Part shown: positions 8,167 to 19,453 of the stretch, one piece after another | Layout: each line of letters opens with the position of its first letter | Position numbering within the stretch: the first letter of the stretch is position 1 | From: Alphaproteobacteria bacterium | GTDB taxonomy: Bacteria; Pseudomonadota; Alphaproteobacteria; UBA828 | Length of the DNA stretch: 64,000 nt | Assembly (NCBI GenBank): GCA_965214705.1 | Contig: OZ243972.1 | Coordinates: forward strand, 2,816,001 to 2,880,000 | Direction: 5' to 3' | Made by a program: the position numbers and the translations under genes | Notes under the pieces: model-generated | Database searches by the model: none | Told to the model about the DNA's origin: nothing | The model's input: the letters and a program-made list of their open reading frames with translations, nothing else

Positions 8167-10190
8167 GTGTGCTGGGCAGCGCCCAGATCAGGTGGGTTCA
8201 AGTCCCACTGGCGCTCGGGTAAGGGGCGCCATATCCAAAAGTGGGGGTAATTCCTCACTGGCCGGAGTGAGCCGATAAGCGAAACTCTAAACGGGCACGA
8301 AGCCGGAAACGGCGGAGACAGCCAAGGGAGGAGCTAAGTTGGTCCACTGTCGAAAGACAACCGGAAGGCAGGGTGTCCACCGCGAGGTGGAATCTGAAGG
8401 GCTTGCGGAGAAGTACCGGGCCGTAATCGAGGGGGCCACCCCATGATGAATCGGTCGGCCAAAGACGGGGCAAGGTCGAGCCGGCACTATGGCGGCGAAG
8501 GCGTTCTTACCCACCCGTCGCACCAAGGTGTTTGCGAGCGGCACGGTACGGAAGATCTGGACGTGACCCCAGGAGGGCTCGCCGCGTTCCCGGGTGGCAC
8601 CGGGATAACGGACCCTATAAGCCGAAAGGCGAAATGGGAAAGGATGCGCGGCGAGCAATCGGACAACCGAATAGTACCTGAAGCCCGGCGAAAGCCGGGT
8701 GACCGCGCGAGCGGCGGCCGTGTGGGCCGGGGAAGTCGGTTGGCAGAGGTGGTCGGCGAGAGACAGCGATGAGTGAGTAAGGACCATGACGCGGACAAGT
8801 TCCTTGAGCGAAAGACCCGGACATCATGGCCCGAGGAGACTCATCGACTGGATCAACCCGGCGGGTGACAGGAAGGTCCACTCACTGGTGGACAAGGTGT
8901 ACAAGCGGAAGAACCTTGAGGTGGCCTGGGAAAAGGTGAAGCGCAACCGGGGTGCCGGTGGCGTGGACGGAGAGGATTTAGCGGCGTTCGAGGCATCGCT
9001 GGATGCAAATCTCGATCGCCTGCACCGGGAGTTGCGGGACGGTGAGTATCACCCGCAGCCGGTTCTCCAATGCCTGATCCCCAAGGCGGGCCAGCCGGGG
9101 AAGTTCCGCCCGCTCGGCATCCCGACAATCTACGACCGGGTGTGCCAGCAGGCGCTGCTGAACCGGCTGGAACCGATCTTCGAGCCGGTGTTCGACGATG
9201 CCAACTACGGGTACCGGCAAGGAAGGTCTGCCCATGGAGCGTTACGCAAGATATGGAGGGAACTGGACGAGGGCAACGAGTGGGTTCTCGATGCGGATTT
9301 GAAAGACTTTTTCGGGTCCGTGGACCACGAAAAGCTCCTCGAACTCGTCAACCAGCGAGTCTCGGATGGCCGGGTATTAGGTCTGCTCAGGCAGATGCTC
9401 ACGGCCGGGGTGGTGGCCGACGGTAAGAGGCTGCCGACCGAACAGGGCACTCCGCAGGGCGGCATCGTTTCACCGCTGCTCAGCAATATCTTGCTGACCC
9501 CGTTCGATTGGGAAATGCGTCGTCGCGGCTATCGACTAACGCGATACGCCGATGATTGGCTGATCACGTGCCGCACACGCGGGGAAGCCCGCGCAGCACT
9601 GGAGACGGCCAGGCGGATTCTGGCAAAGCTGGGTGTGTCCCTCAACGCCGGGAAGACCCGCATTGTCCATGTCAGGCACGGGTTTGAGTTCCTCGGCTAC
9701 AAGATCAAGCAGGGCGAGCGGCCTCTCCGGCTGTCGTCCTCCAAGATCAAGAGCGGGGTTCGCGGGGGAGCGCGCTACGCGGTTCCGCGTGAGAAATCCA
9801 TCCGGCACTTCAAGGACCAGATTCGCCAGCGTACCCGGCGCAAGGCTCCTGTCAGCACGCAGGAGCTGATTGACGAGATCAACCCGATCATTCGGGGATG
9901 GGGCCAATACTATTGCAAGGCCCACGTCCGCGGGCTCTTCCACCAGCTTGACGGCTGGATCGTGCGGTGGCTCTGGTCGCATCGTCGCAAGCGCTGGCGC
10001 AACGCTGGCTGGAAACAGTTGCCGGAGCGCAAGCTGATCGACGAATACGGGCTTGTTCGCCTGATCTCACTGGTTCCGTCCTTGAACCTTCGTTGAGACA
10101 CCTTTGTGAAAGCGGCTTACGGGAAAACCGTACGGGCCGTTTGAGCGGCGGACGGAGGCTAGCCTCGCGGGGCGCCTCCTCCGACCCGAC
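8167..10190 (+). mobile_element. Group II intron
   Basis: 5' GTGTG; domain V AAAGCGGCTTACGGGAAAACCGTACGGGCCGTTT (AGC triad, AC bulge); domain VI ending CCGAC; internal RT ORF. The 5' end could be 8165. Confidence 0.9.
8786..10096 (+). CDS. ltrA: Group II intron reverse transcriptase/maturase without endonuclease domain
   Basis: GAGGVDG, RPLGIPTIYDR, GTPQGGIVSPLLSNI, RYADD, FEFLGY, X domain NPIIRGWGQYY. Confidence 0.95.
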   Translation: MTRTSSLSERPGHHGPRRLIDWINPAGDRKVHSLVDKVYKRKNLEVAWEKVKRNRGAGGVDGEDLAAFEASLDANLDRLHRELRDGEYHPQPVLQCLIPKAGQPGKFRPLGIPTIYDRVCQQALLNRLEPIFEPVFDDANYGYRQGRSAHGALRKIWRELDEGNEWVLDADLKDFFGSVDHEKLLELVNQRVSDGRVLGLLRQMLTAGVVADGKRLPTEQGTPQGGIVSPLLSNILLTPFDWEMRRRGYRLTRYADDWLITCRTRGEARAALETARRILAKLGVSLNAGKTRIVHVRHGFEFLGYKIKQGERPLRLSSSKIKSGVRGGARYAVPREKSIRHFKDQIRQRTRRKAPVSTQELIDEINPIIRGWGQYYCKAHVRGLFHQLDGWIVRWLWSHRRKRWRNAGWKQLPERKLIDEYGLVRLISLVPSLNLR

Positions 10191-10516
10191 ACCCCGCCAC
10201 CTCAGCCTCTCGGCACGGCATTCGTCGAAGCGCTTGACGGCGGCAAGCGCACCGAACTGCTGTTCGTTGCCGACCGGCACGGCCATACGGCCGGAATGCA
10301 CAGGCTATTCGCGATCCGGAGGATATCGTGAGCCCGGAGCATCAGCGCCACTGACAGGACGGAGGTCCCACTCTTTCAATGACACAATCAAGTTAACCGT
10401 GCATGAGATCCTCTCGAGTAACTTGCCGCGACAATGCCGACGCGTGCGGGGGTGCCCGCTATGAGGCGACTCGAAGACCGGCGCTACGGTGCCGTTCTGA
10501 CCAATCCTCATAAGGA

Positions 10517-12018
10517 GAGCCACTTGCAAAATTCCGCATTTGAGCGGGATTTTGCCGCCGTGGCGGTCAGATTGTCCTGGAAATCGGGACCGCTCTCTGT
10601 TCCTGTCGGGTTTCGGACAACGTCGACGGAGAGGGCGGCCCCATGTCGCTGGGACAGACACTATCCGGATTCTGGCATCACATTCAAGCGGATCTTTTCC
10701 CGTGGCTTGAGGAGGAGCTCGGGCCGCTCGGCGAGAGGTACCGGCGCTTCGTCACCGTGCTTGAGCTTGCGCGGGTCGAGAGCTTCCTTCCCCATTTCCA
10801 TGGCCTGCCCGGTCGGCCGGTCGAGGATCGGGCGGCCTTGGCCCGCGCCTTCATCGCCAAGGCGGTGTTCGACGTACCCACGACGCGCGCCCTGATCGAG
10901 CGCCTTGAGAACGACAAGACGCTACGCCGTCTCTGCGGCTGGACCTATGCCGCAGAGATCCCGAGCGAGGCGACGTTTTCGCGGGCGTTTGCGGAGTTCT
11001 CCGAGAGTGCGTTGCCCGCTCGCGTGCATGAGGCGCTGATCAAGCAGACCCTCGGAGACCATCTGGTCGGGCACGTCTCGCGCGACTCGACGGCGATCGA
11101 GGCGCGCGAGAAGCCTCAGCCCAAGCCCAAGGCGGAGAAGCCGAAGCGCAAGCGCGGCCGCCCGCGCAAGGGCGAGGAGCGGCCCAAGGAGGAGCGCCGC
11201 GTGAAACGCCAGCTCACGATGAGCTTGCCCCAGATGCTCGACGACCTGCCGAAAGCCTGCGACGTCGGCACCAAGCGCAACGCCAGGGGCCATACCACAT
11301 CGTGGATCGGTTACAAGCTGCACATCGACGCCGCCGATGGCGGCATTCCGATCAGTTGCATCCTGACGTCCGCCTCGCTGCACGACAGCCAGGCCGCGAT
11401 CCCGCTGGCGAGTATGACCGCCGACCGCGTCACCAATCTGTACGACCTCATGGACTCAGCCTATGACGCGCCCGAGATCGGCTGGCACAGCTACCTGCTG
11501 GGCCACGTCCCGATCATCGACGTCAACCCTCGCGACAAGGAGTACAAGGAGGAGCTGGCGCGCGAGGCCAGGGCGCAGAGAGGCGTCGGTCACCGCCACC
11601 CGGCGGACGAGCGCTACAACGAGCGCTCGAACATCGAGCGCATCAACGGTGGGCTGAAGGACAACTGCGGGGGCCGCCATGTCCGCGTGCGCGGCCATGC
11701 CAAGGTTCATTGCCACCTGATGTTCGGCATCCTGGTGCTGACGGTCGACCAGCTGATGCGCCTCCTGGCCTGAGCGGCGCCTCCGTCGCTGTCACGCCGG
11801 CACGCCTCCCTCCGCGGAGGCGCAAAAAGCCATGTCCGCATCGCGACGGCGGGTCCAAAATGCGCCCGCATGGGCATCGGTTTGCGGCGAATCGGCGCCC
11901 CGGCGGCAGCCAGCGACGTCCGCTCGTCCCGAAGTTCATGTTACGTTCCGACCGTCAATGTCCTCACGCCGGGCTCTCGGGAAAAGCAGACCGCGCCTGG
12001 GAGTTTTGCAAGTGGCTC
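10517..12018 (+). mobile_element. IS1182/IS5-like insertion sequence
   Basis: TIR GAGCCACTTGCAAAA at both ends; 4-bp TSD AGGA (10513-10516, 12019-12022). Confidence 0.85.
10643..11773 (+). CDS. DDE transposase (IS1182/IS5-like)
   Basis: PSEATFSR, SRDSTAIEA, GYKLH, LMDSAYD, RYNERSNIERINGGLK. Confidence 0.9.
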   Translation: MSLGQTLSGFWHHIQADLFPWLEEELGPLGERYRRFVTVLELARVESFLPHFHGLPGRPVEDRAALARAFIAKAVFDVPTTRALIERLENDKTLRRLCGWTYAAEIPSEATFSRAFAEFSESALPARVHEALIKQTLGDHLVGHVSRDSTAIEAREKPQPKPKAEKPKRKRGRPRKGEERPKEERRVKRQLTMSLPQMLDDLPKACDVGTKRNARGHTTSWIGYKLHIDAADGGIPISCILTSASLHDSQAAIPLASMTADRVTNLYDLMDSAYDAPEIGWHSYLLGHVPIIDVNPRDKEYKEELAREARAQRGVGHRHPADERYNERSNIERINGGLKDNCGGRHVRVRGHAKVHCHLMFGILVLTVDQLMRLLA

Positions 12019-12124
12019 AGGAGACACGATATGTCCTCATTGAACGAGGCCGCTGCGCCGGCCGAGGCGGAGCAACGAGCTGTGGTCTATGGGGTTCCGC
12101 GATGCCGGTCAGGGGGACAAGTCG

Positions 12125-13485
12125 TTGACGTATTATGCTCATAGTGACGATAGCAAGGATCGGGAAGAATGGCATCGGTTGTCCGAACACCTTGAGGATA
12201 CAGGGGCAAGGGCGGATCGCTTTCTCGAATCTGTCGGATGCGGGGACCTCGCCAGGGCTGCGGGGCTGTTGCACGACATAGGCAAGTACAGCCGGGAATT
12301 TCAGGCGCGATTGGACGGCGGGCCGCGCTGTGATCATTCAACCGCGGGTGCGAAGCTTGCCATCGAGAGGTATGGCGATGGTGACGCCGGCAAGGGCTCA
12401 CTAGGTAAAATGCTGGCCTACGTCATCGCGGGTCATCACGCGGGTTTGGCTGACGGTGTAGGCGGAGACGGCCCCCGGCCACTTGCGGACAGATTGAATA
12501 CGCCGGTACCGAGGCTAGACCCGGTATGGGAGCGGGAAATCACGCTCCCAAGCCTCTCTCCTCCCCGCTTGAAGCCGGGTCATATTGAGATGGCAGGCTT
12601 TTGTGCAGCGCTCGCAACACGCATGATCTTCTCTGCATTGGTAGACGCGGACTATCTCGATACCGAAGCGTGGTACGAACGGAGCGAAGGCCGACCCATC
12701 GCGCGGGGACGCCATCCTTCGCTTCCCGAGCTTTCGGTGCGCCTGAGTGCCTATCTCGAAGGGCTGATGTCAGACGCACCGAACACGCAGGTGAACAGCG
12801 TGCGCCGGGAGGTGCTGACCTATGCGCGCGACAAGGCGACGGAGCAGCCTGGACTATTCAGCCTCACCGTACCCACGGGCGGCGGAAAGACACTTTCTTC
12901 TCTGGCTTTTGCCCTAGAGCACGCCGTGAACCACGGTCTAGCGCGCGTGATCTACGTGATTCCCTATACCAGCATCATCGAACAGACCGCGCGGGTGTTC
13001 CGCCAGGCGCTAGGTGGAACTGGGGACGACGTGTCGGACTTCATCATCGAGCATCACAGCGCCTTCGACGAAGAGCGCATCAGAGAACGGGAAGCGAAGG
13101 ACAAACTGCGGCTGGCCATGGAGAACTGGGACGCGCCGATCATTGTCACTACCGCAGTGCAGTTTTTCGAAAGTCTCTTCGCCAACCGTCCGTCACGCTG
13201 TCGCAAGCTGCACAACATCGCGCGCAGCGTCGTTATTCTCGACGAGGCGCAGACATTGCCATTGGGGCTGTTGCGGCCTTGCGTGGCCGCGCTCGACGAG
13301 TTGGCACGAAACTGGCGAACCAGCGTCGTACTATGCACCGCTACACAGCCCGCGCTCAACTCAGCGGACGGTTTCTCTGGTGGTCTGGAGGGACTGCGCG
13401 AGATCGCGCCGAACCCGGCGGGCCTGCATCGAATCCTAAAGCGCGTCCGAATATGTCGGGAGAGAGAAAAATTGGCGGATGCCCA
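12125..13485 (+). pseudogene. cas3: Type I-C Cas3 (HD + helicase), truncated by IS insertion
   Basis: YYAHS, LLHDIGK (HD), VPTGGGKT, LDEAQ, CTATQP; homology stops at the IS end at 13486 and the helicase C-terminal domain is missing. Confidence 0.92.
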
Positions 13486-13554
13486 GGGTGTGATTCTCGT
13501 ATGGCGATATGCCAGTCGTGATGGCGCTAAAGGATATGGGCTGGTTCATTTTGG

Positions 13555-14168
13555 TCAAGCAGCGAGTGCCAGGACTTCGGTTGGGCTGATGTTGTCGTTA
13601 GCTGGTCCGGATCGGGCGTCCATGAGCGCATCCCATGCCCGGTCGAAGAGGCCGGATTTGATCAGGGCGCGGAAGGTCAGAACCGCCTGCCCGCCGTCGA
13701 TCCGCCAGCGCATGCCCGAGCGTTTCAAGCGCTGCGCGACGAGGGTCTTGCAGGCCGCCTCGACCACACCCGAGCCGATGGCGATGCCCTCTTCCTTCAG
13801 GGCGTGGTAGCGCATCCGATGGCGGTGCTTTCGGAAGAAGGCCAGCTCGCGCTCGATCTCGGCCGGGTCCCCCTTTGCCCTGTCCAGGAGGTAGCGCAGT
13901 GCCCGGATCACCTTGTCGACGCCGCGGGGGTCGTGGCGCAGGATTTCGCGGTGCTTCTCGAACCAGTGGCGCGCCACCGCATGGTCAGAGGCCACGCGGA
14001 GATGCTCGCAAGCGTGCCAGAAGTCGATGACCTCGGTCTCGGGCGAGAGGCTTTCGAGGAAGGTCCAGTTGTCGGCGGCCCCGTCGGCGACGGCGCCGAT
14101 CCTGATCTTCGGGCTCACACGGCGGATATGGGCGACCTCGCTTGCAAGTTGCGCTTTCAGCGCGGCCT
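13555..14168 (-). pseudogene. ISKra4-like transposase, C-terminal part
   Basis: ADGAADNW, IDFWHACEHL, IGSGVVEAACK..RLKRSGMRW; rejoins the N-part in frame (PESGKAALKA). Confidence 0.85.
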
Positions 14169-14349
14169 TGTTGGCGATCACGCAAAAGCGCGCGTATTCG
14201 CTCATTTTGACAGCCTGATGTGGTGGAGCGTTGATCGGCGTGGCGCCGATCTGCAGTGCTGAGCGCGGTCCGGCTTGTGGTGTTGGTCGTCGTGATCGCG
14301 GTGGTGCGAGAGCGGCCCTGCAGGTTTGGCTGAGGGACCCTGTTGTTTT

Positions 14350-15270
14350 TCAGTCGATGAGCCGATCGTCGGTCTCGAGCATATTGCCTTCGAGGTCACG
14401 CCTGCGCATGTCGTTCCAGTCGTCACCGTCGAGGGCGGGCCGCACGCGGACGACCCTGCTGTCGCTTCGGAACAGCCGCTCGGCGGCGTCATCGCCGCCA
14501 GGGGTAGCGTCGTAGGCACAGAAGATGCGGCGGGGGTTCCAGTCCTCGATCCACGCGGGGAGGCTTGGAGTGACGGCGGCGATGGAGACCACGGCACATT
14601 CCCTGAGTTCGGCGGGCATGAGCTGGAGGGAGAGGGCGGACAGGGCGTCGATGGCGCTCTTTGCGATGAGCACGGAGTGCGGCCAGTCGAGCTCCCACGA
14701 TATCCAGAAGCCCCCGCGGGCGAGCGGGGATGGGGCAGCTTCGCCGGCGCCGGCAGCCGCTCCGCACCGGCCGCCGGTGGGGACGATCTCGGCGCCGGTC
14801 GCGACCCCTGCGGCGTCTCGACAGACGAACACGGCATTGGCGTTGCGGTCGGCGTGGACCAGGCGGAGGTCGCGGCACAGGGTGAGGAGCACGGGCGAGA
14901 GACCGCGCTCGTCGACGAGGTGGCGTTCCACTGCGGGCCAGTGCCGCTCCTGCGGATGCGGCAGCCGTGGGCAGGGGCACTGCGGGGGGCGCCGGGAAAG
15001 GCCCGGCAGTTTCGCGAGGAAGGCCAGGGCGTCGGGCACGGTGCAGCGTTGGGCATGGACCACCAGGTCGACGGCCCCGGCGCCGCCCTCGCCGCGCAGA
15101 TGGTCGTAGAACATGAAGCGGTTGATGGTGACGACCGATCCAAGACGCCTCCAGCGATCGGCGTCGTCGGGATCGCGGCGGTAGCCGAGGGCGCGGGCGA
15201 CGTCTTCGAGGGGACAGCCGCGCAGCCCCTCTGCCCGCAGCCGCCGCTCCCATGGGCGTAGCTGGCGCAC
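14350..15270 (-). CDS. DUF3991/Toprim_2-like protein with degenerate acidic motifs (IS21 passenger)
   Basis: [53 protein letters not shown]. Confidence 0.7.
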   Translation of the reverse strand: MRQLRPWERRLRAEGLRGCPLEDVARALGYRRDPDDADRWRRLGSVVTINRFMFYDHLRGEGGAGAVDLVVHAQRCTVPDALAFLAKLPGLSRRPPQCPCPRLPHPQERHWPAVERHLVDERGLSPVLLTLCRDLRLVHADRNANAVFVCRDAAGVATGAEIVPTGGRCGAAAGAGEAAPSPLARGGFWISWELDWPHSVLIAKSAIDALSALSLQLMPAELRECAVVSIAAVTPSLPAWIEDWNPRRIFCAYDATPGGDDAAERLFRSDSRVVRVRPALDGDDWNDMRRRDLEGNMLETDDRLID

Positions 15271-15282
15271 GGCTGCGCCGCC

Positions 15283-16077
15283 TCAGTCGTCCCCGGTGTC
15301 CTGCGGGTCGCCGGATCGCCGGCGCCCTTTCTCCTGGCGCCGGCGGCGGCGCTCTGTGCTGCGCTGCTTCTGGCGCTCCTCGGCCTCCTTGCGGCGGTAT
15401 GAATCGCCGTCGATGGCGATGATCTCGGCGTTGTGGACGAGGCGGTCGACCAGGGCCACGACGCAGGCGGCGTTGGGGAAGGCCTCGCCCCACTCGGCGA
15501 ACGGCCGGTTGGTCGTGATAATCGTGGAGTTCTGCTGGGTGCGGCTTGAGACGATGCTGAACAGCAGGTCGGCGTGGCGGTTGCTGTAGGAGAGGTATCC
15601 CACCTCGTCGATCACCAGCAGTTGCTGGCGGGCGTAGAAGCGCAGCTTTCGCTGGAGCAGGGTGTCGGAGTCGATGGCGGCGAGCTCGCCGAGCATGCTG
15701 GCAGCGGTGGCGAAGCGCACGGTATGGCCCTCGAGGACGGCGCGGTGGGCGATATTGGCGGCGATCGTCGATTTGCCGACGCCGTTGGGGCCGACCAGGA
15801 CGACGTTGGCGGCCTCCTTGAGGAAGTCGAGGCCCATGAGGTCCTCGACGGCCATGCGGTCGCAGCGGCGGGGCCAGTCCCAGTTGAAGTCGGCGAGCGG
15901 CTTGAAGTCACCGAGCCGGGCATCGGCGAGGCGGCGCTTGAGGCTTCGGGCGCGTCTCTCGTCTTCTTCCCAGGCGATGAGCGTGGTCAGCCAGTCGCAC
16001 TCGCCGACCTCGTCCCAGTGTGCGATGAGGCCGTGCAGGCCGAGGGCACGGGCCCGGTCCTTGAGGGTGTCGGTCAT
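15283..16077 (-). CDS. istB: IS21 ATP-binding helper IstB
   Basis: GPNGVGKS Walker [10 protein letters not shown] Walker [21 protein letters not shown]. Confidence 0.95.
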   Translation of the reverse strand: MTDTLKDRARALGLHGLIAHWDEVGECDWLTTLIAWEEDERRARSLKRRLADARLGDFKPLADFNWDWPRRCDRMAVEDLMGLDFLKEAANVVLVGPNGVGKSTIAANIAHRAVLEGHTVRFATAASMLGELAAIDSDTLLQRKLRFYARQQLLVIDEVGYLSYSNRHADLLFSIVSSRTQQNSTIITTNRPFAEWGEAFPNAACVVALVDRLVHNAEIIAIDGDSYRRKEAEERQKQRSTERRRRRQEKGRRRSGDPQDTGDD

Positions 16078-17579
16078 TCTTCGCTGTCCTCCTCCTCGCC
16101 CTCGCCCGCCAGCCCGTCGTAATCCGTCAGGTCGTGGTCGCGGACGGCGATGTCGCGGACCTTCGGATCGTCGGGCAGATCGACCGGGATGGGCGGCGGC
16201 TTGTCCTGCTGTTCGCGGCGCCTCGTCAGGCTCAGGCGCACGGCGTTGGGATGGGGGACGCCGCGCTTGAGCGCCTCGTCGATGCCGGCCTCGAGCTCGG
16301 CGGCGCCATACTCGTCGAGGAGGCGCAAGAGGGCGGCGACGATGGAGCCGAGATGGCCGCCGCGTTTGGCGGCCTCGTCGAGCAGGCGCTCGCTGTTCGG
16401 CGCAGCCTTGATCAGACGATCCTGCCCGCGAAGGCGCCGGGCGTGACGCTTTTTCTTGGCCAACTCGGCGATGTGCTCGGGGATCTCGATGCAGGCGCCC
16501 TTGTCGAAGCTGCGCGGATGGGTGGCAATGACGTCCGTGCCGTCGAGGATGCGGACCTCGTCCAGCGTCGCGATCACGACAAGGGTGTGCCGCGCATGGG
16601 TGTGGGGGACGCTGTAGTCGTTGAGATCGAACCGGGCGTAAGGCGTCTTGCCGATGACGACCTCGACCCGTTCGTCGACGGGGAAGCGGTCGCCGGGCAA
16701 GGCCATGAGAGAGCTGCGTTCCTTCTCGAAGGCCTCGCGCACGGTGATGGAGCGATCCTCGGGCCAGGGGCGGTCGGCGGCGATGCCCTCGCACCAGGCC
16801 TCGGCCTGGGCGTTGAGGTCGTCGATGTCGCGCCACTCCCGGGCGGCGAAGAAGCTGGCGCGTACATAGCGTATGGCCCGCTCGACGCGCCCTTTTTCGT
16901 TGCCGCGCGCGATCGCGACAGGCCGTGCCAGCACGCGGTAGTGGGCGGCGAAGTCGAGGTACCGGGGATTGAAGTGGACAGCGCTCCCGCGGCGCTCGAG
17001 CACGACGCTCTTCAGGTTGTCGCACCAGATCTCGCGCGGCACCCCCTGCCAGGCCTCGAAGGCGTCGATATGGCCGCGCAGGAAGTTGTTCATCCCTGCG
17101 CCCAGGTAGAAGCGCAGGAAGATGCGGCGCGAGTAGCTGAGCACCATCACGAAGCCCATCAACGGGCGCTCCGCGCGCCCGATCCTGACCTTGCCGAAGT
17201 GGGCCCAATCGACCTGGGCCTGCTCGCCGGGAAGGGTCTTCAGCCGCAGATAGGCCTCGGCTTCAGGCTTCGGCCGCAGGGAGGCGATCACACGACGGAA
17301 GTGGCTCTGGCTCCCCCGGTAGCCGCGCCCGCACACCATCTCGTAGAGCCGGCTGGCCGGCAGCGTCGGGTATTTCTTCAGTGTCTGGCGGATGAAGGGG
17401 ATGAAGGGATCGAGCTTCGAGGGCCGCGGCTTGTGCTGCCGAGGCTCCTCGGCGTCCCTGATCGCGCGCCGCACGGTGCCGTGATGGACGCCGAGCTGAC
17501 GCGCGATCGTGCCGATCTTCCACTTCTCGGCGTGATACAGCCGCAGGATCTCCGCTCTCGTCTCCTTGTCTGTGGTCAT
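16074..17579 (-). CDS. istA: IS21 transposase IstA
   Basis: N-terminal HTH, PGEQAQVDW, CDNLKS, NEKGRVERAIRY; 4-bp overlap with istB. Confidence 0.95.
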   Translation of the reverse strand: MTTDKETRAEILRLYHAEKWKIGTIARQLGVHHGTVRRAIRDAEEPRQHKPRPSKLDPFIPFIRQTLKKYPTLPASRLYEMVCGRGYRGSQSHFRRVIASLRPKPEAEAYLRLKTLPGEQAQVDWAHFGKVRIGRAERPLMGFVMVLSYSRRIFLRFYLGAGMNNFLRGHIDAFEAWQGVPREIWCDNLKSVVLERRGSAVHFNPRYLDFAAHYRVLARPVAIARGNEKGRVERAIRYVRASFFAAREWRDIDDLNAQAEAWCEGIAADRPWPEDRSITVREAFEKERSSLMALPGDRFPVDERVEVVIGKTPYARFDLNDYSVPHTHARHTLVVIATLDEVRILDGTDVIATHPRSFDKGACIEIPEHIAELAKKKRHARRLRGQDRLIKAAPNSERLLDEAAKRGGHLGSIVAALLRLLDEYGAAELEAGIDEALKRGVPHPNAVRLSLTRRREQQDKPPPIPVDLPDDPKVRDIAVRDHDLTDYDGLAGEGEEEDSEE

Positions 17580-17580
17580 C

Positions 17581-18027
17581 TCACCCCTCTCGTGCCGGGT
17601 GGCGCACCGTGCGCAGGCCCGGATGAACGAACACCGCGCAGAAGCGGCCGCAGATGCTGCAGCGGAAGCCCCCGGCGGGCTCCTCGTCCCCGAAGGGGCG
17701 TGTTCCGCGGCGCGTCCCTGGCGTCCGTGGCACGACAACACGGCGGTGCGCGCGCGTCGAAGGGTGATGCGTCACTTTCCGCCCGCAGCCCTCATCCTGA
17801 AGCGCCCTGCAGCGCTGCCGGTCCCGATAGCGTCTCTGGCGCTCCGCGTGCTTGCGGCGCCCCGGGCGCCCGTCCTGGTAGCGCCGCCCGGCGAGACGCT
17901 GCGACTCTCGGCGCGCGCTCTCGCTGCACTCCCTGGAGCAGTAGTGATTGCCGCGGTCGCAGCGGGGGCAGAGAACAACCTGCCGATGACACTGCGGGCA
18001 GTTGAAGATGCGGCCGAAGTTCCTCAT
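17581..18027 (-). CDS. Cys-rich basic protein directly upstream of istA
   Basis: CPQC..CPRCDRGNHYCSREC and CSICGRFC motifs; stop 1 bp from the istA start. Confidence 0.65.
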   Translation of the reverse strand: MRNFGRIFNCPQCHRQVVLCPRCDRGNHYCSRECSESARRESQRLAGRRYQDGRPGRRKHAERQRRYRDRQRCRALQDEGCGRKVTHHPSTRAHRRVVVPRTPGTRRGTRPFGDEEPAGGFRCSICGRFCAVFVHPGLRTVRHPAREG

Positions 18028-18451
18028 CGCGGCGGTCGATGAGAACGGGCTCGACCCCCGCAGAATCCAGCACAATACTGTGCATCTGGGCCGTGTCTGG
18101 CATGGCTCGGGGGTGCGGCGTCGGCTGTTGCGATCAGGCAAACGGGGCCGGCGCCGCATCGTTCTCAGCGGCCCGAGTCTACCCCCGGCGATCTCGATGT
18201 CAGGTGCGCAACGCTGCCGACGGCAAGCCCGCCGGACCTCAAAATCGGCAGGTCGCCTGGCCCAGCTTCCACACGACCGGCCGAAGGCCTGTGGACAAGT
18301 GGACAGCCGCTCCGCGCCTGACCACTTCCCCACAGGCCCAACAGCAACAAGCGCTCAAATCAGTGCGGACAAAAAACCCGTCAACTACATCGCCACCAAA
18401 ATCACGCGCCCTAAATGAGCGAATACGCGCGGGTCTAGACGGTCACCAACA

Positions 18452-19229
18452 CGGCCTTGCCGCTCTCGGGCATACGGCCGAGATAGAGGGTCTTCAGCCG
18501 TTGGCCCTCGGCGTCGTGGAAGGAGACCGTGCCGCAAGAGGCCTCGCGCCAGCACGCCTCGGCACGGCCGTCCTCGCCGGCCCGCAGCGCCACCATGACG
18601 CCGTCAAGGGAGACGGACGCGGTGACCGCATCGGGCGGTATGCCCTGGGTTTCACGGATGCTGGCCAGCGTCTCCGGGGCGACGCTCTCCCAGTGCTCAT
18701 GCATGCTCAGGGCCAGGCGCTGCAGCGTGCTCACCGACGGCGTCATTCCGCCCATTTTCGCGAAGAACTCCTCCGCTTCACGCGGCGTACAGTGGCCCAT
18801 CATCATCAGCCCGAGCTGCGCCGCCGGCCGCGTCAGGTAGTCGTCGATGAGGCCCAGGCTCTCGTCCACCGGCACCAGCGACGTGCTGCTCGCGCCGCTG
18901 CGATAGCGCGCACGCCGATAGGTCACGGGACCGAGCGTCGTCATGATCGTCTTCGGCGTCGCCGCCACCCGGACCCAGCTCTGTCCGTCGCGCTCGATCC
19001 GGCTCGCACCGTCGTCGCGGCTCTCGGCGAAGGCCCCAAGGAGCTTGCAACCCAAGCCGTTCATGGCGTCCCGCAGCCCCGTCTCAACCGTTTCGAACGT
19101 CTCGGCAGACGGGTCAGACCCAGCCTGTTCGCGACAGAACTCCACCACCTGGGCGACCGCTTCGGCGACTTCGGCAGGCAGGCCCAAAAGGTCGATGGAC
19201 GAGGCGATGAGAGACTGCGACACTGGCAT
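18452..19229 (-). pseudogene. ISKra4-like transposase, N-terminal part
   Basis: TTLGPVTYRRARY, VPVDESLGL, VSLDGVMV, WREASCG. Confidence 0.85.
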
Positions 19230-19453
19230 GGGAACGCTCCTGATGTTGGGTCTGATGTTGGGTTGTCGGCGCGGCATCCTACCGCATCTCGCGGTGCGGA
19301 GCGTTCCCACCCACCACTGCTGGATGCCGCCGTTGTGACAAAATCCGGCCCTGCACCGGCCGATTGTCACGAAAACCCGATTCTGGCTGCCTACGGCCAC
19401 CCGCCAATCGCGCTAAATCAATGACTTACGATCGCCATGCCAGACCTACACCC

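Larger units (their letters stand above)
14169..18451 (-). mobile_element. IS21-family element carrying two extra ORFs
   Basis: TGTTGG...CCAACA ends sharing internal CGCGCGTATTCGCTCATTT; 6-bp TSD CGGCCT; istA/istB. Confidence 0.92.
13486..19453 (-). mobile_element. ISKra4-like IS, interrupted by an IS21 element
   Basis: Imperfect 23-bp TIRs GGGTGTGATTCTCGTATGGCGAT / GGGTGTAGGTCTGGCATGGCGAT; no matching TSD. Confidence 0.8.

Noticed and set aside
8786-10096. RT as a CRISPR-associated, retron or DGR reverse transcriptase
   Set aside because: It has a maturase X domain and flanking group II intron RNA ends; no Cas1 fusion or TR/VR pair
12089-13810. 573-aa ORF as a novel short Cas3
   Set aside because: The C-terminal ~108 aa are read-through into the antisense strand of the ISKra4-like element
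16134-18005. Long antisense ORFs (this one, 21319-23283, 25589-27181, 36848-38506, 49757-51553)
   Set aside because: Shadow ORFs opposite well-supported genes, expected in high-GC DNA
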